Source: Octopus sinensis
Lineage: Eukaryota
Direction of reading: 5' to 3'
Assembly: GCF_006345805.1 (NCBI RefSeq)
Contig: NC_043004.1
Coordinates: forward strand, 27,280,001-27,344,000
DNA: 64,000 bases
The position numbers and the translations under genes were made by a program. The notes below the pieces were generated by a model. That model saw nothing but the letters and a program-made list of their open reading frames with translations. It did not search any database and was not told the DNA's origin. This document shows positions 1 through 13,365 of the stretch, one piece after another (the stretch's first letter is position 1; every line of letters begins with the position of its first letter).

Positions 1-2092
1 TTTTAAAAGATTTCCAACTTCTTTAGCCATTCTAACAATGTCCAATCTTGTAATTTCATAGCATTATTAGAAACACATGTATGTGAAAAACTCACACCTA
101 GTAAAAATAATTCTCAAAATATTGATCAGTTTTAGCCAGCCAGTCATTAACCCAGAAGGCTTTGGGCCAATCAGACTAGACTAATTGTTTTTGCCACATA
201 TTCCCTCTCAGTAATCTTGAATTTCTGTTGGTATTGGTGTGTCTTCTCGTGCTGAGATGTTTTTGTCAAATCTTTTGGTATTTTGAGTGAAATATTATCT
301 CTCAGAAATTAACACTCACCTGCTTAAATTGTTTTGTTGCAGATGTTTTAGCTTGTAAGCTTTGTCTGATATTTTCTTTTACTTCTAGAATATTGATATT
401 TAACATTTTTTCATGGCTTTTTTTTTGTCTGTTTCATGGTCATTCGGTTCTATAGCCTTCTATCTCCATTTTACTAAATAAAAGACAGGCCTTTTCTGTC
501 TTCTCAGTCCTACTTATTTCTATATCGGTCTCTCTCTCTCTCTCTCTCTCTCTAAGATCAACCCCCCATTTCCCTCACTACTGCTACTGCTACTAAGTAG
601 ATCAAATCATTCAATCTGGTGTGAAACTTCTTGTATGCTCCTCTTATATTTACTTATTCCTTTGTAACTAGAGAAGAAGGTTGCCACTGATTACTGTTCA
701 TTAATTTTGTCATGTTTTAGTTTCTTTATGGCTTAAGTGAGACTCTTTTCAACATTAACAGTGTTTCATCATATGTGTTGTATGTTTTTGCATTCTGTTT
801 GTTGCCAGGTATGGGACTGAGTGTCTACTTTTTTTATTACAGCCGTATATTTTATTGAGTGCTACTAGGAGAGTTTTGATGGTCATTTTTCAAGGTTTAG
901 TTTTTTTATCAGTATTCTATTTTTATTTTTATATTTTATATTTACTTACCGCCTTATTTACTTCTTGTGTTTATTTCTCTCCAATTTCAATAAACTTAAC
1001 AGAGATGACCAGTGAGTGACCATCTACACATTATATGTGTGGTCACATTTGTTAAGCTGCTTTCTTCCTTTAATGAGGTTTTATCTCTTTCTTTCTTTTT
1101 TTCTGTGTGTAGGTTCTCATGTAATGTGTTGGTTTTATAAAGTTCAGATATTTTGTTTTATTTTCAATACCAATTTAAATTTGTCTGTTTTAATTTTTGT
1201 TTCTCACTCTTGTTTACTGCAAATTTCTGTATGTTCATTAATATGTCTTGTGTGATATTTTCTTCACTTTTCTTCTTTTTCTCCATATCTCTTATGTCTC
1301 TTTTATAATACTTACACATTTTAGATAGAGTGTTGCCTCTAACTCTTCATTATAGTTGTCACTAATCCAGCATTATGGTTGCTTTTTGGATGTTGATAGG
1401 AAGAGATGGGCTATTTCATTTTTTGCTATAGAGAGCTGTTGGTGAACTAGCTTTTTTTTCCTCTTTTGTATATTGATAGCACTATATCTAAAATAATAGG
1501 TGTAGCTGTGGCTGCATTGATAAGAGGTTTGCTTTCCAGTCACATGGTTTTGAGTTCAGTTCCACTATGTGGAATATTGGGCAAGTGTCTTCTACTAAAG
1601 CCCTGGTTGATCAAAGCCTTGTAACTGGATTTAGTAGTTAGAAACTGAAAGAAAGCCATATGTGTGTGTGTATGTGTGTGTGTGTGTGCATGTACGTGTG
1701 TGTCTACGTGCATGTGTGTGTGAGTATATATGGTATATGGATGTATGTAGGTGAGCATGTGTATGTCTGGTGTCTTCTTGATAGTTCTGCAAAGGGAAGT
1801 CTGGCAATGGTGAAAATGTTATGTTACTTGCAAATAAGTGATTATCAGTAATGGAAAGGGTGTCCGGCTGTAGAAAATCTGTTTCAAGAAACTCTATCCA
1901 AAGATTATGACAATGATGAAAACAATGATTGCAGGATGCTCATATTAAAAATAAAATTCAGAACTGGTTTTGCTGCTGATTGATTTAACCTGAGAAGCAG
2001 GCATTCATTGTTTTAACTAGTGTAGACCGTATTTTAAAATTGTGTTTTGTATTTAAAATATTTCATTTTGTCTAATTTTCTGTGTGTGTGTG

Positions 2093-2130
<38 letters not shown>

Positions 2131-3340
2131 CAGAATTTTGTGTGAACAACAAGTACCAGCTGTACTTACTGTATCACTCCATGTCAATTTGTTTGTATTT
2201 GAAAGTTCATTCCGCTCTTGTTTGTTTCCATGTGTGAACCTCGTTTACCTCTATATTTCAATAATATATTTTGTTATAATCACATACATTCACAAATATA
2301 TCAGTTTTACATACTGAAAACCATAAAAACAACCATTTCTTCATTTCCAACTTATATTTACAGATGGTGTCAGATTTATTTTAGGTTGTACTAAGAGATA
2401 TGCTTATCTTTGATCATTGTGTTATTCAGCCCCTGCTGTGATCTTTATAACATCACTCTCTTAATTTACTCCTTAATTTTATGTTCATGTTAGTGTTGTT
2501 AACAGATGTATTACCAGGTCTTTATATGGATCTGCATATATAACTATCGATGTTGTTCGTGTTGTTGTTGTCATCATTCCCTTTCGATCGACAAAATCAG
2601 TAGAGTGACACACAAAATGCTTTTGGTATTTAGTGGCACTATTTTACATTTTAAGTTCAAAATCATGTCGGGGTTGACCATATCTTTGATTTTTCTAGTA
2701 AGGATGAAACAGAGTACCATTAAAGTACTATGTCTAAATAATTTACTAAACTCTTCCTTCAAGTAGTTATTATAAATATGATATAATTTTTTTTTTCATT
2801 TTTAATGTCTTGTGAGTACTTGGTGACCTTGTCAGTGCAGGGGTCACTTAAAAGCACCCAGTCTACATTGTAAAGTGGTTGGCGTTTGGAAGGGCATCCA
2901 GCTGTAAAGACCTTACCAAAACTGACCTTGCCTGTGTTTGTGCCATGTAAAAAGCACTAAGTTCACTCTGCTGAGTGGTTGGTGTTAGGAAGGGCATTCA
3001 GCTGTAAAAATCCTGCCAAAATAGTCACAGAAGTCTGGTGCAGGCTTCAGCCTAGCCAGCTCTTGTGGTACCATTCCGCCCATGCTAGCATGGAAGATGG
3101 GTGTCAAACAATGATGATGATGATGATGATTAATATGAGTGCTCTTATGCACCATGAGTCTATACAAGAGGTCCTCTCTGGGAGAATAATACAATATTCA
3201 GTGTTCTAACACAAAACATCCATGTTAAGCTGGACATAAAAATTTCTTCTTCTTCTTCTTCTTCTTCTTCTTCTTCTTCTTCTTCTTCTTCTTCTTCTTC
3301 TTCTCCTCTTTATTATTATTAATTATTATTATTATTATTA

Positions 3341-3371
<31 letters not shown>

Positions 3372-3523
3372 CAACTTCCAGTTGGAAGGCTAGAATGTCG
3401 GTGGAAGCTTGACAGGTATTTTTGTTATCAAAACTACTGCCTTTGTTGATATTATTGTTTAAAAAGAAGCATTAGACAATAGTATTTGTCCCCAGAAAAA
3501 AAGAACTAAATAATATTTGGGCC

Positions 3524-5250
3524 TTGTACCCAAATATTAGTATTTACAAAATGTTTACACGTTCACAAATGAAAAATGGTATGGAGGGGCAAAACAAACC
3601 AATTTGTGACAGCAGGAAAAGTTACAAAAATGTAATTTTCGTTGACACAAGTAATAATATCAAGGACAAAATTGATAACAGATCCAAAAACATCACAAAC
3701 TCTATGGACACTGATAAAATTAACTGCAAAGAACAAAGAAGTATTAGAACAGAAAAGCAACACAATGGAGAACACACAATCACTCAATTCTTGAACAGAC
3801 AACAAAAATGTAACTGCCAACTCCCCAAACAGAAATAATGTAGAAAATACCATGATAACTGATATCAACACAGAAAGTAACAACCCCAACAATATGGAGT
3901 AGAAAAGCTGAACAGAAAGCAATAACAGAACGAATAACGACAACAAAAACATCGATGAGAATACAACCAATACCAACATCAACACCAGTAAAGAGAGGTA
4001 GGTGTATTTGGAAGTAACAACAGCAGTAACAAAGTGAATGGTTCCACCACCACCATCAACAGTGAGAGCGAAACAAGTACTTTTGCAGCAGCAGCAGCTG
4101 TGAAATGCCAACAAAAGTACTATGAGTTACACATCTCCAACAAAAAAGAGATGTTAGCCCTGGCCCACAAACTCATAAAAAGAGAAAAAACCTGGGCAAA
4201 CCTTGCAATCCCAGCTGAAGTGGAGGTAGAAATTGAGACGAGGACAATAAAATATAGGTTTGTCTTGGTGCAGTCTCAGACAGAAGAACAACCCTCCCAC
4301 CTTCAAGTGGAGATGGCAATGAGATCAATCAGAGAGGATGTCGAATTCATTCAAAGGGCTCAAAGTTTTGATACCATCTTGGTCTTTTTTAAAACAGAAG
4401 AGCTGGCCATGATGCATTCGGAAAGACCCCATAAAACTGACCAGCTTATAATGTACCCATCCTACATGGGCAGAAGAGCAATAAAAGTTCGAGACACTGG
4501 AATAACACCAGTTATCAACATATGGTGGCTTGTGGAATGTGTGATCATGAAGGGCAGAAGCACCCTCCTCCTAAAAGTCTGACGGATGCAAAGAGAAGCC
4601 TGGATTGGGATGGATTTGGAAAATACTAATCTAAATAAAACCACAAGACTTGGAGAACATCCCACACCATGTCCACCTCAAGGACGGGATGAAATTACCC
4701 TTGATCACTGAGGGCAGATGGCCACATTGTCTTGCTTGTGGTGAAGCAGCACACCAAGAAGCACGTTGCCCTCAGCAAAAAGGTTCAGGCATCTGTAGAC
4801 ACCAACACCAAGGCTGGGAAAACAAAAAAAAAACAGCACCAGCTGTAGAAAGATCACCAACAACAACAAGGAAAGCAGCAAAAATGGCAACAAAAGCGGC
4901 AGTGGTGATAAGTGTGACAACACCACCAACAGGAAAACCATCGGAGAGGTCAACTACAAAAGCCAAACCTCGCAACCAAGCTCAACAACCCGTCTCACAC
5001 AAGCAACATGCAGAAAAAGATGCACATACAAACACGAACTCAGTTCCACACAGAGAGGAGGGGATTGCAACAGACACTGGTTCTACCGCATCGGAAAGTA
5101 ATGATGAGGGGGAACAGAGTAAATCCAAAAATCCAAAAAGAAGTCACAGAGACGAGACATCCTGCATCAAAACAAGATAGCAAAGAAACTACACACACAC
5201 CCACAACAAACGCAGACACTCAGCCAACTCCTGTGGAACTACAATAGTCA
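3524..5250 (+). mobile_element. Tx1/L1-clade LINE, ORF1 region (frameshifted) with CCHC zinc knuckle
   Basis: Consecutive + ORFs 3524-3838, 4034-4582, 4650-5180; C-X2-C-X4-H-X4-C (CLACGEAAHQEARC) at ~4728-4769 followed by a basic low-complexity tail; directly upstream of an APE domain. The 5' boundary is uncertain. Confidence 0.65.
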
Positions 5251-5685
5251 TCTAAAGCACCACAAGCACCAAAATCCCCACTGCAGGTAGAAAAAAATAT
5301 CCCAAAAGGAAACTCACACCACAAACACAAGAACAGCAAAAAAACAACAACGTAGGCAACTGACTATGTGTTAGTAAGGAGGGCCAACAAAAAATTGGTG
5401 GTCCTCGTATCCCAAAGAGAGGACATTGGAAAAGGTGGGAGAAATCTTCTTGGACTAGCACATGCGACGTGCCAAAGGATTTAATGATGGGAAGGATGGA
5501 TTTGGACACTCTCCGAATAATTAGAAATTCCTTTCTAGATGATGTAGGGATCCCTCAAGTAAATGCCAATGCAAAGTTTCTACGAGGAGCCCAAGGAAGA
5601 AATAGAGGTAGGACCACCTGATCTCCAATGGGCCCAAGAGGATAAGTAACACACCACATCTTCCTTTCCTTCCTTTTAGGCCAAT

Positions 5686-6550
5686 ATGGCAGTGCTAAGA
5701 GAAGGTTGCATAAATGTACGTGGCCTGGGGTCATCCTGGAAGCAAGGTTGCTAGTGAAACCATGATCGTGGACACATGCACCTTAGCACCCATTTTTGAC
5801 AATTTTGAAATCTTTGTAAGTCTACCAGGAATGGGGGTGAGGTAGCAGTGTTGTTCAGAAAAGGCCTAGATCTCGAGATACGGTGAGTCTTCCTGGACCC
5901 GGAAAGTGAGTTGGTGGTCTTGGACGTGAACGATACTGAAGGCAGTGTTTTTAGACTGGTCGCTCTGTATGTTCCGACTGGATCGGGGCAGCCTGATTTC
6001 TTCAGACATTTAGAGGTGTTTCTAAGGACGTCTCGCTCTTTAATGTTAGTAGGAGACTGGAATGTTATCTTGGCTGCATGTGTGGATTGGGTGGGGCTAG
6101 TGGATAGAAAAGAGGGGTGCACAAGCCTCACAAACTTGCTCAGTTGTTTCCAACAAGCTGACAGGTTCAGACTAGAGTACTCAAATGCCCCAGTGTGGAC
6201 ATGGGCAAACAACATCGGGTCATTCAGATCTTATCTAGATAAGATAATTTGTAGGCTAGCAGTTAGGGATAGCATAGGTTGTCCACAATTCGAACTCGTC
6301 AGTTATACAGACCACAAATTTGTGACCTGTACAGTTCACTTAGATAAGCTTCATAGGCAGGGTCCTGGATACTAGAAGCTGAACGTGTCCTTCCCAGCAT
6401 GTCAAGCTTTCAGAGACCTACTTAGCAAGTTAGTCCATCGAAAGTTAACAGGTGCAGTGGTCAACAACTGATGGTCGGTAGCCCTAAAATGGGAGATTAC
6501 AGTAGAAGCTGTAAAATTTAGCAGAGAACTAGTGATAGAGAAGACTAGAG
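5686..6550 (+). mobile_element. Tx1/L1-clade LINE ORF2 AP-endonuclease domain, disrupted, RT missing
   Basis: MAVLREGCINVRGL at 5686; ALYVP, LVGDWN, SYLDKI, YTDHK and GPGY*KLN motifs typical of L1/Tx1 APE; stops and frameshifts; similarity ends ~6550. Confidence 0.85.
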
Positions 6551-6559
6551 TGTTCAATG

Positions 6560-6790
6560 TTGCTATGTCTTATTTTGTGCAGGTTTATTACATTCTTTCA
6601 CTATGTGGCCTAACAACATCCTCTTTTTTACCACAAAGTCTCCATAACGCTGATTCAACATTCTTATCAATATGATATTTCACAGTTTTTTTATCTAAAT
6701 GCTTGTTCTTGTATTGAATAAATCAATAATTAACTTCCAGCCTTTAGGTTTGAAGTTAGCAAACTGATCATGCCTTGCTAGTCTATATAC
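6560..6790 (-). mobile_element. Old fragment of an R4/Dong-like REL LINE
   Basis: Minus-strand translation QEQAFR*KTVKYHIDKNVESALWRLCGKKEDVV resembles the AQ(E/D)Q...CR.C region before the REL endonuclease. Confidence 0.5.
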
Positions 6791-8459
6791 TATATCTCTT
6801 GTATTTATATCTTTTTGTGCCCATCTTTTATTAATGCAATTCGAAGGCTCTATCAGCCATAGACTTTTATATCAAAAAGCAACATTTATAAAGTGTTGAC
6901 TACAAACCATCCTGACTTGTACCCATCACTTTTTATACATTCCTCATAACTAAACACTCCATGTTTCCTAGCCAGGCAAAGCCTAGGGACCAACCAACTA
7001 GTTATTGGTTTACTGTTTTTGTGGCTTCTGCTGCTGCTATTGTTCTTAATGTTGTTACGATAGGAGGTGGTGAGCATACCAGGCAAAATGCTTAGCAGCA
7101 TTCCTTCTGTCTTTTGCTAAAGTCAACTTTGCCTTTCATCCTTTTGAGGTGAATAAAGTAAGTACCAGTTGAACACTTGGGTTGGTGTAATCAACTTACC
7201 TACTCCCTGAAATTGCTGGCATTGCACCAAAATTTGAAACCAATATTGTTATGATAGCTAGCTCCTGATCAGTCATGAATTAGACCAATCCAATTCCTTA
7301 AAGTCAACCCATATTTCATACTGTCCATTACAGTAGATATGTGCGATGTATGAAGGGATAACCTGTATGGTTAGTGTCTAGTTTAGGATATCTCTTATCA
7401 GTCTTATCAAATTGTTCTGATATTTATCACTTAAAACATGAGATATTCATCTCAAATTTAACATTGTGTTGGTTGGAAGTCAGTCAGCTACTCTGAGATT
7501 CTTCACTGATGGCATAAATACTTCCTTTTATATATGTTATCATTGATAAGAAAAAAAGTAGCTGCAGTGCGGGGACAGCCAAAAAAAGCAGCGAAATTTC
7601 CTTGAAATCACACACTAAAGCTTTTAAAAGAACATATTGAATAAGATAATCCTGGGTACACTGTGCCTGAAAAACAGATTGGATGGTCATGACTACAATG
7701 TCTTTTGATTATAAATCTGTAGGATCATGCTGACCTGGGGTTAAATACCAACAACTGCAATAAGTGATGAAGTTTTCAAAATTAGTAAATCACATGTCTT
7801 TCTGCATTATGAGTCATAATCCTTTCAGATGTCAATTTTTTTCTTTAGCCAACCAACACTGATAAACCAGGTACCAGTAATGAGCTGGGGTTGAGTCAAT
7901 TAACTAAACAACATCTACTACCATATCATAAGTGTTATATCAATGTCAGAAATGATTATTATTGCAATGCATATAACCCTATGATTTGATTTTTCTTCAG
8001 CTCATTCCACTAACAGTTATGGGAGAGAAGTTTGGCTGTTATTTCTCCAGGTAGGCAGATGGTTTAATTATATTTGTAATAATACAGTAATTATTCTTGA
8101 CAGCAAGAGAAAGTGTTTCAATGGATGGTTAATTTCCTGCACTGAAACATAAGAAAACATTCTGGACAAGATTTTCAATTAAAACACCGAAGGGACAGTA
8201 GTGGAATACTTCAATCATTAATGTTAGCAAGGGGAGATGACAGAGTCCACACAGTATTGAACAACCAAGTGTATCTTGTCACTTTCACAGTCACTGTGGT
8301 ATATCTATCAGCGAGGGACTTAATTTACAACGATTCTCTTTAATGAAGGAATAATTTATCACTCCAACTAGCAGCAAGATTGTAGAATTGTAGATAGAGT
8401 CAATGAGGCACTGAACAACTAAGTCAATCTTCCTGACTCTGTCAATATGATGTATTTAT

Positions 8460-8640
8460 AACACCAGATGCGGAAAGCCAGAGCCACCTGCACCAATAGC
8501 ACAGCCCCTACCCACTTCTGCCCCACCTGTGGGAGGGACTTTCTTGCCCGGATTGGCCTCACCAGCCACCTCCGGTCTCATAGCAGCAATTCCACTAAAT
8601 GATGTCAATGGTCATCTTCGAACTGAAGGACGAACATTGC
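8460..8640 (+). mobile_element. RTE/BovB-like LINE 3' end
   Basis: Translates RKARATCTNSTAPTHFCPTCGRDFLARIGLTSHLRSH (C-terminal C2H2-like motif of RTE/BovB ORF2) plus a short 3' UTR. Confidence 0.7.
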
Positions 8641-8739
8641 ATAACCAAGGGACTTAATTTACAAGGGTTCCTTTTAATGAAGGAGTAATTTATCACACTA
8701 AGTAGCAGCAACATTGTAGAAATGCCAGGTGATAAGTTA

Positions 8740-9560
8740 CCTTCCAGTACTTCACTTCAATTCCTTCTGCATGTATAGATAGAGGAGAACTGAATCATAG
8801 GAGCTCAATTTCTAAAACTACACCATTTAGCGTCTTCAACGGTGCTGTCCTATAATCGAATGGAACTGATGCATCTCTGGTGAGGTAAATGTTCCCTCTA
8901 ACTTTTGCTGGTGTGCAAATTTTATCTTTGCAAAGTATGTGAGTGTCCATGCAACTAATCATTGCACAAATGCTATATTGCACCACCTCCCCAAGAAATG
9001 CATTCCACTTTTAAGTGTGTACTATTAATTTGGTCTCAGAAATCTTTTAGTGTGTGTGCACTTTTTCCTTTTATGCACTAGTTGTAAAACAACGGTGCAT
9101 ATCACCAATGCATACCTTGGTGGAAACATCAGTAGAGATGTTGGCTCTTTGCTCACAGATCTCAAAAGGTCTGTGATGGACATAATCACAGCCCCTTCTT
9201 CCAGAACAGACCTATAGAAAATACCTTTATCAAAATAAAACGTAGTATACAGAAGGGTAACTGTCAGTTGTGTTCTCCACATGAAAACTTCAATTTCAGA
9301 ATGTCATAAAGATAATGAGTAATTTGGATTATGTGATGAACCAGGAATTTAATAGAGTTTCACTTCAGAGGGAGAAAAAGGCCAACTTATTTGACCTTTG
9401 GGAAAGCATCTGTATCACAACATAACATCTCACCTGAAAACTTGATGTTCCACTGAGCCAATGAAGAAATATCTACATGGTCAAATCAGAACAGTCAAAT
9501 GTTGTTCCTTTTCCAGTTACAGCCTAACATAATATACAGTAAAGATGCATTGAATAATTT
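8740..9560 (-). mobile_element. Degenerate Penelope-like RT fragment
   Basis: FYFDKGIFYR..GA....ITDL...PPRY..IC and SCMD.....T..K....YL...S resemble Penelope RT motifs (F.F....Y.Q..G.AMG, RY.DD, FLD....T..Y.K..YL...S.HP); heavily decayed. Confidence 0.4.
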
Positions 9561-9623
9561 TGTCTGAGATAGTTGATATGACTAGTATACTCACAGGTTC
9601 ATGAGATCGGAGTTGGAACAATA

Positions 9624-9654
<31 letters not shown>

Positions 9655-9734
9655 ATACTACTACTACTACTACCACCAGCACCAGCACTACCACCAGCAC
9701 CAGCACCAGCACCAGCACCAGCACCAGCACCAGC

Positions 9735-9781
<47 letters not shown>

Positions 9782-9784
9782 CAA

Positions 9785-9823
<39 letters not shown>

Positions 9824-10660
9824 AGCAACAACAGTAATAATGACAATAACAACATAAGGTCGGAAGAAATAAACATTAGTTTTAATTAGAAATATAAAAA
9901 GTTAATAAAAGTTGGACTTCTAATTACTGTATGTGTACATGTGTATGTTGGTGTGTGTATGTATTTGTGAATGTCTGGATGTATGTGCTTGTGTTTCTAC
10001 ATGTGTGTATGTGTTTCATTCATGTTTTCAAGTAATAGCATGTGGTAATGTTATGTACATTTGTATACATTCAAACACGTTTGCATGCCTGTACACATAT
10101 CATAATGTGTATCAGCGTATATGCACACATATTTCTGTATGTGTGTGTGTGTGTGTGTGTGTGGTGATGTAATTGTTTGTTCTGAGTGGAACGGAATAAG
10201 AAATCACTGGAGATGTAAATAGATAAAGGAAAGTTTGAAGGATATGAATGAAAAAGCAATACACCAGAATGGTTTAGAAAATGAATGGTTTAAGCAAATA
10301 TCTCATCAAAAATATTGCTATCCTCTCGCTATCTAACCACAATGCATAATATCCGGTAATATCATTAAATTCTGCCTTGGATCCCATGAAATGTCTTTTA
10401 ATATTTCATGGTGAAAAGAAAAGCGACTTAGTGGCTTTTAGAGAAAGAGTAATCACTTCTCAGCAGTGAGTTTATCAATTTATATTAATAATCAATCACT
10501 GGAAATTTATGCACTTGATGTTTTAACGATTTAGACCTGCTGATTTATTAGAATAGCACACTGAATAATATTTGCGTGAGAGTTTATACAGACATATATA
10601 TATATATATATATATATATACATTGGTACATCATCATGATCATCATGTTCCACATATGCT

Positions 10661-10866
10661 CTTTTACTCTTTTACTTGTTTCAGTCATTTGACTGTGGTC
10701 ATGCTGGAGCACCACCTTTAGTCAAGCAAATCGACCCAGGACTTATTCTTTGTAGGCCTAGTACTTATTCTGTCGGTCTCTTTTGCCGAAGCGCTAAGTT
10801 ATAGAGACGTAAAATCACTAGCATCAGTTGTCAAGCAATGTTGGGGGGACAAACACAGACACACAA

Positions 10867-10943
<77 letters not shown>

Positions 10944-11110
10944 CATATATACGACAGGCTTCTTTCAGTTTCCTTCTACCAAATCCACTCACAAGGCTTT
11001 GGTCAGCCTGAGGTTATAGTAGAAGACACTTGCCCAAGATGCCATGCAGTGGGACTGAACCATGTTGTTGGTAAGAAAGCTACTTAGCACACAGCCACTC
11101 CTACGCCTAT
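10661..11110 (-). mobile_element. tRNA-derived SINE, family A (central CA/TA microsatellite)
   Basis: Near-identical blocks recur at 28591-28990, 34423-34830, 60952-61378 and elsewhere; tRNA-like head (GGCTGTGTGG...GGTTCAGTCCC) on the minus strand. Confidence 0.85.
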
Positions 11111-11217
11111 ATATATATATATATTGATAAAAATTGTAAGAGAACAAAAGAATGAAAGAGACCTCGATATTATGTAAATAGAGGAATTTATCTATGTGAC
11201 AATTATTTGGTAGCCAT

Positions 11218-11278
11218 GATAAAACTCCGAGTTTCAGATGCCATGTTGGAAATCCACGCTTCCATCTCTTCAGTTATC
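11218..11278 (-). ncRNA. Candidate minimal type I hammerhead ribozyme
   Basis: Minus strand: GAUAA-CUGAAGA-GAUG[22 nt]CAUC-U-GAA-ACUC(G)GAGU-U-UUAUC; stems I, II and III all pair; one extra U before G12. Confidence 0.6.
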
Positions 11279-11369
11279 TGGCCATCGGAAAAATACTATC
11301 GTATCTCTCTCACTCTCTCTCGCTATACTATAGTATTTTTCTAAACTGCATCTCATCTATGCTAACTCA

Positions 11370-11600
11370 CATCTGAATTAATTAAGTTATGACCCTTTCT
11401 GCAAATTTCATCACTTGGTTCAGCAAACTGATTCCTCTGTATTTCTGTCTGGGGCATTACCTTTGCCTTTTTAGCAGTTGACTATAATGCTGCTACACCA
11501 ATCATTGAGGCCTGGTATGACCTGATAGTGTATGCCCTACTGTTACTAATAATTCCAGTTGCCTAAGTAGTTATAAGTGGGCATAAACAACTTCTTTACA
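11370..11600 (-). mobile_element. Old RTE LINE RT fragment
   Basis: Minus-strand IVNC*KGKGNAPDRN-(fs)-RGISLLNQVMKFAERV matches the RTE RT N-terminal motif KGKG...NYRGI.LL. Confidence 0.6.
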
Positions 11601-13103
11601 ACTTCCTTCTTTGACTCAGTAAAATATCGAAAATATGACAGTGAAAGTAGAGAGGGAAAGAAGAGCTGCAACAACAATCAGCTGGTTATCATTTTCAGCT
11701 GAGAAATACTGGTAGAACTTGAAATAAAGTACTTTGCCCGAGGACACAACTCACTACCTTGTCACAGAATTAAACCCACAATCTTATGATCCTGAACTTG
11801 AAACACTAACCATAAGGTTATGTGCCTTCAAAAATAATAGTGTTGAGGAATGTGTACCTTACATATGACCTTTTTCCACACCCTTTCTACACACCTAAGT
11901 ATCATAGTTTATTGACCCGTATTAAATTGTCAGTTGTTATCTACCCCCAACCCAATCTTCCATGTATAAAAGCTGAATTTAATTATTTTATTTAGGTAAA
12001 TTTATTGTCACCTGAACAGATGCCATAATTGTGCATTATGCATTTTTTTTGTGTTTCAGTTCTTTATTCCATTATCTTTTCTTCCTTTTGACAATGGCTG
12101 TCACCCAAAACTTCACATTCACTTCTGTTTCTATCTTTTGTGTATTAAGCTTCTTTGAATATTGTTTTTCCCATAATATTTCTACACTTTTCAGACATAT
12201 TCTTTTACATATTCTCCAGATGGCAATTTGTTCCGATTGTTTCATTATCAGCTCAAATTTTACATTTGATATCTCTGTGGGTTTTACCTACGTATTTTTG
12301 TATGATGTGTGTATGTATGTATATATGTATGTGTGCATGCATATGTATTTCTGTATATATATATGATATATATGTATATTTGTGTGCATGTATGTGTATG
12401 GAAGTAAATGTATATTTTTGTATATATATGAATATACATATGTGTGAATGTTTATAAGTATGTATGTATATATGTGTGCATGTGTATATTTTTGTATGTT
12501 TATGTATAAATGTATGTATGCAAGTATGTATTTAAGCATATATCTATATATGTATGTTTATAACTTTTCCATGACCCTTGTATATCAATACACGGCTTTT
12601 CCCTTTTCTGTTCTCTTTCTCATCTCTGATTAAGAGCCTCAACCAGAAGTATTGATCATTTTCCTTAGCCAGTCAAAAAATACATTGATTTTGTTTATTG
12701 ATTCCATTTTCTTTTAGCATAACATTATTGCTGTGTCATGCAAACTTGGAATTGACCAATGACTATCCTTTTAGTTGTGTCTTAACTGTATTGTCTCATA
12801 TGTCTTTTGTATTATAAAATGATAGATTAGTGTGAATTGACAAAGATCAAGCTACTATTTCTAGCATGTCAAATAACTGCATCAAGGCCTGATTGTTCTG
12901 CTGGAAGTTGTTTCATGTTGTTTAAATGAGAGAAAGTATTAAGGCTCACGAGCAAATTTGTAGAGATTTCTGATCTTGTGTTATACAGGAGCTGAAACCA
13001 TTAGAGCAGCAACAGCAGCAGCGATAACAGTAGTAGCAGCCATATTTCTGTGAGTCAGTAGTTGTAGCATGTGGTTGAATGGTTCTTTGACAAGAAGCCA
13101 AAT

Positions 13104-13365
13104 GACCTGGGGTATTGGGTGGGGCGAAGGCAAGAGATTCAGCCAAATATGTTTGTGTCAAAATGGTGCCTGCTAATTTGAATTTTCAATTAATGCAGGA
13201 ATAATTATTTTCCATCTGATTGACTTTCTCTGCAATTAAGCATTCAATGAGCCAATGATTACACTTCTAAAGAGTTAGTTGCTCTTCTTACTTGAAAAAA
13301 CAGCCAAATCTCTCTCCGATCACAACTTAAAAGCTTAAAAAGGGAAAGGACATATTAGACATTAT
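13104..13365. repeat. ~260-bp interspersed repeat, with an inverted copy at 15329-15591
   Basis: Reverse-complement alignment by eye, e.g. CAGCCAAATATGTTT..CAAAATGGTGCCTGCTAATTTGAATTTTCAATTAATGC versus its complement at ~15500-15560. Confidence 0.8.

Noticed and set aside
2165-2315. Minus-strand exon candidate with strong AG and GTAAGT signals
   Set aside because: Stops in all three frames; at most non-coding, with no support.
12989-13053. Possible terminal exon encoding a GPI-signal-like tail GAETIRAATAAAITVVAAIFL*
   Set aside because: It overlaps a CAG/TAG low-complexity tract, and I found no upstream partner exons.
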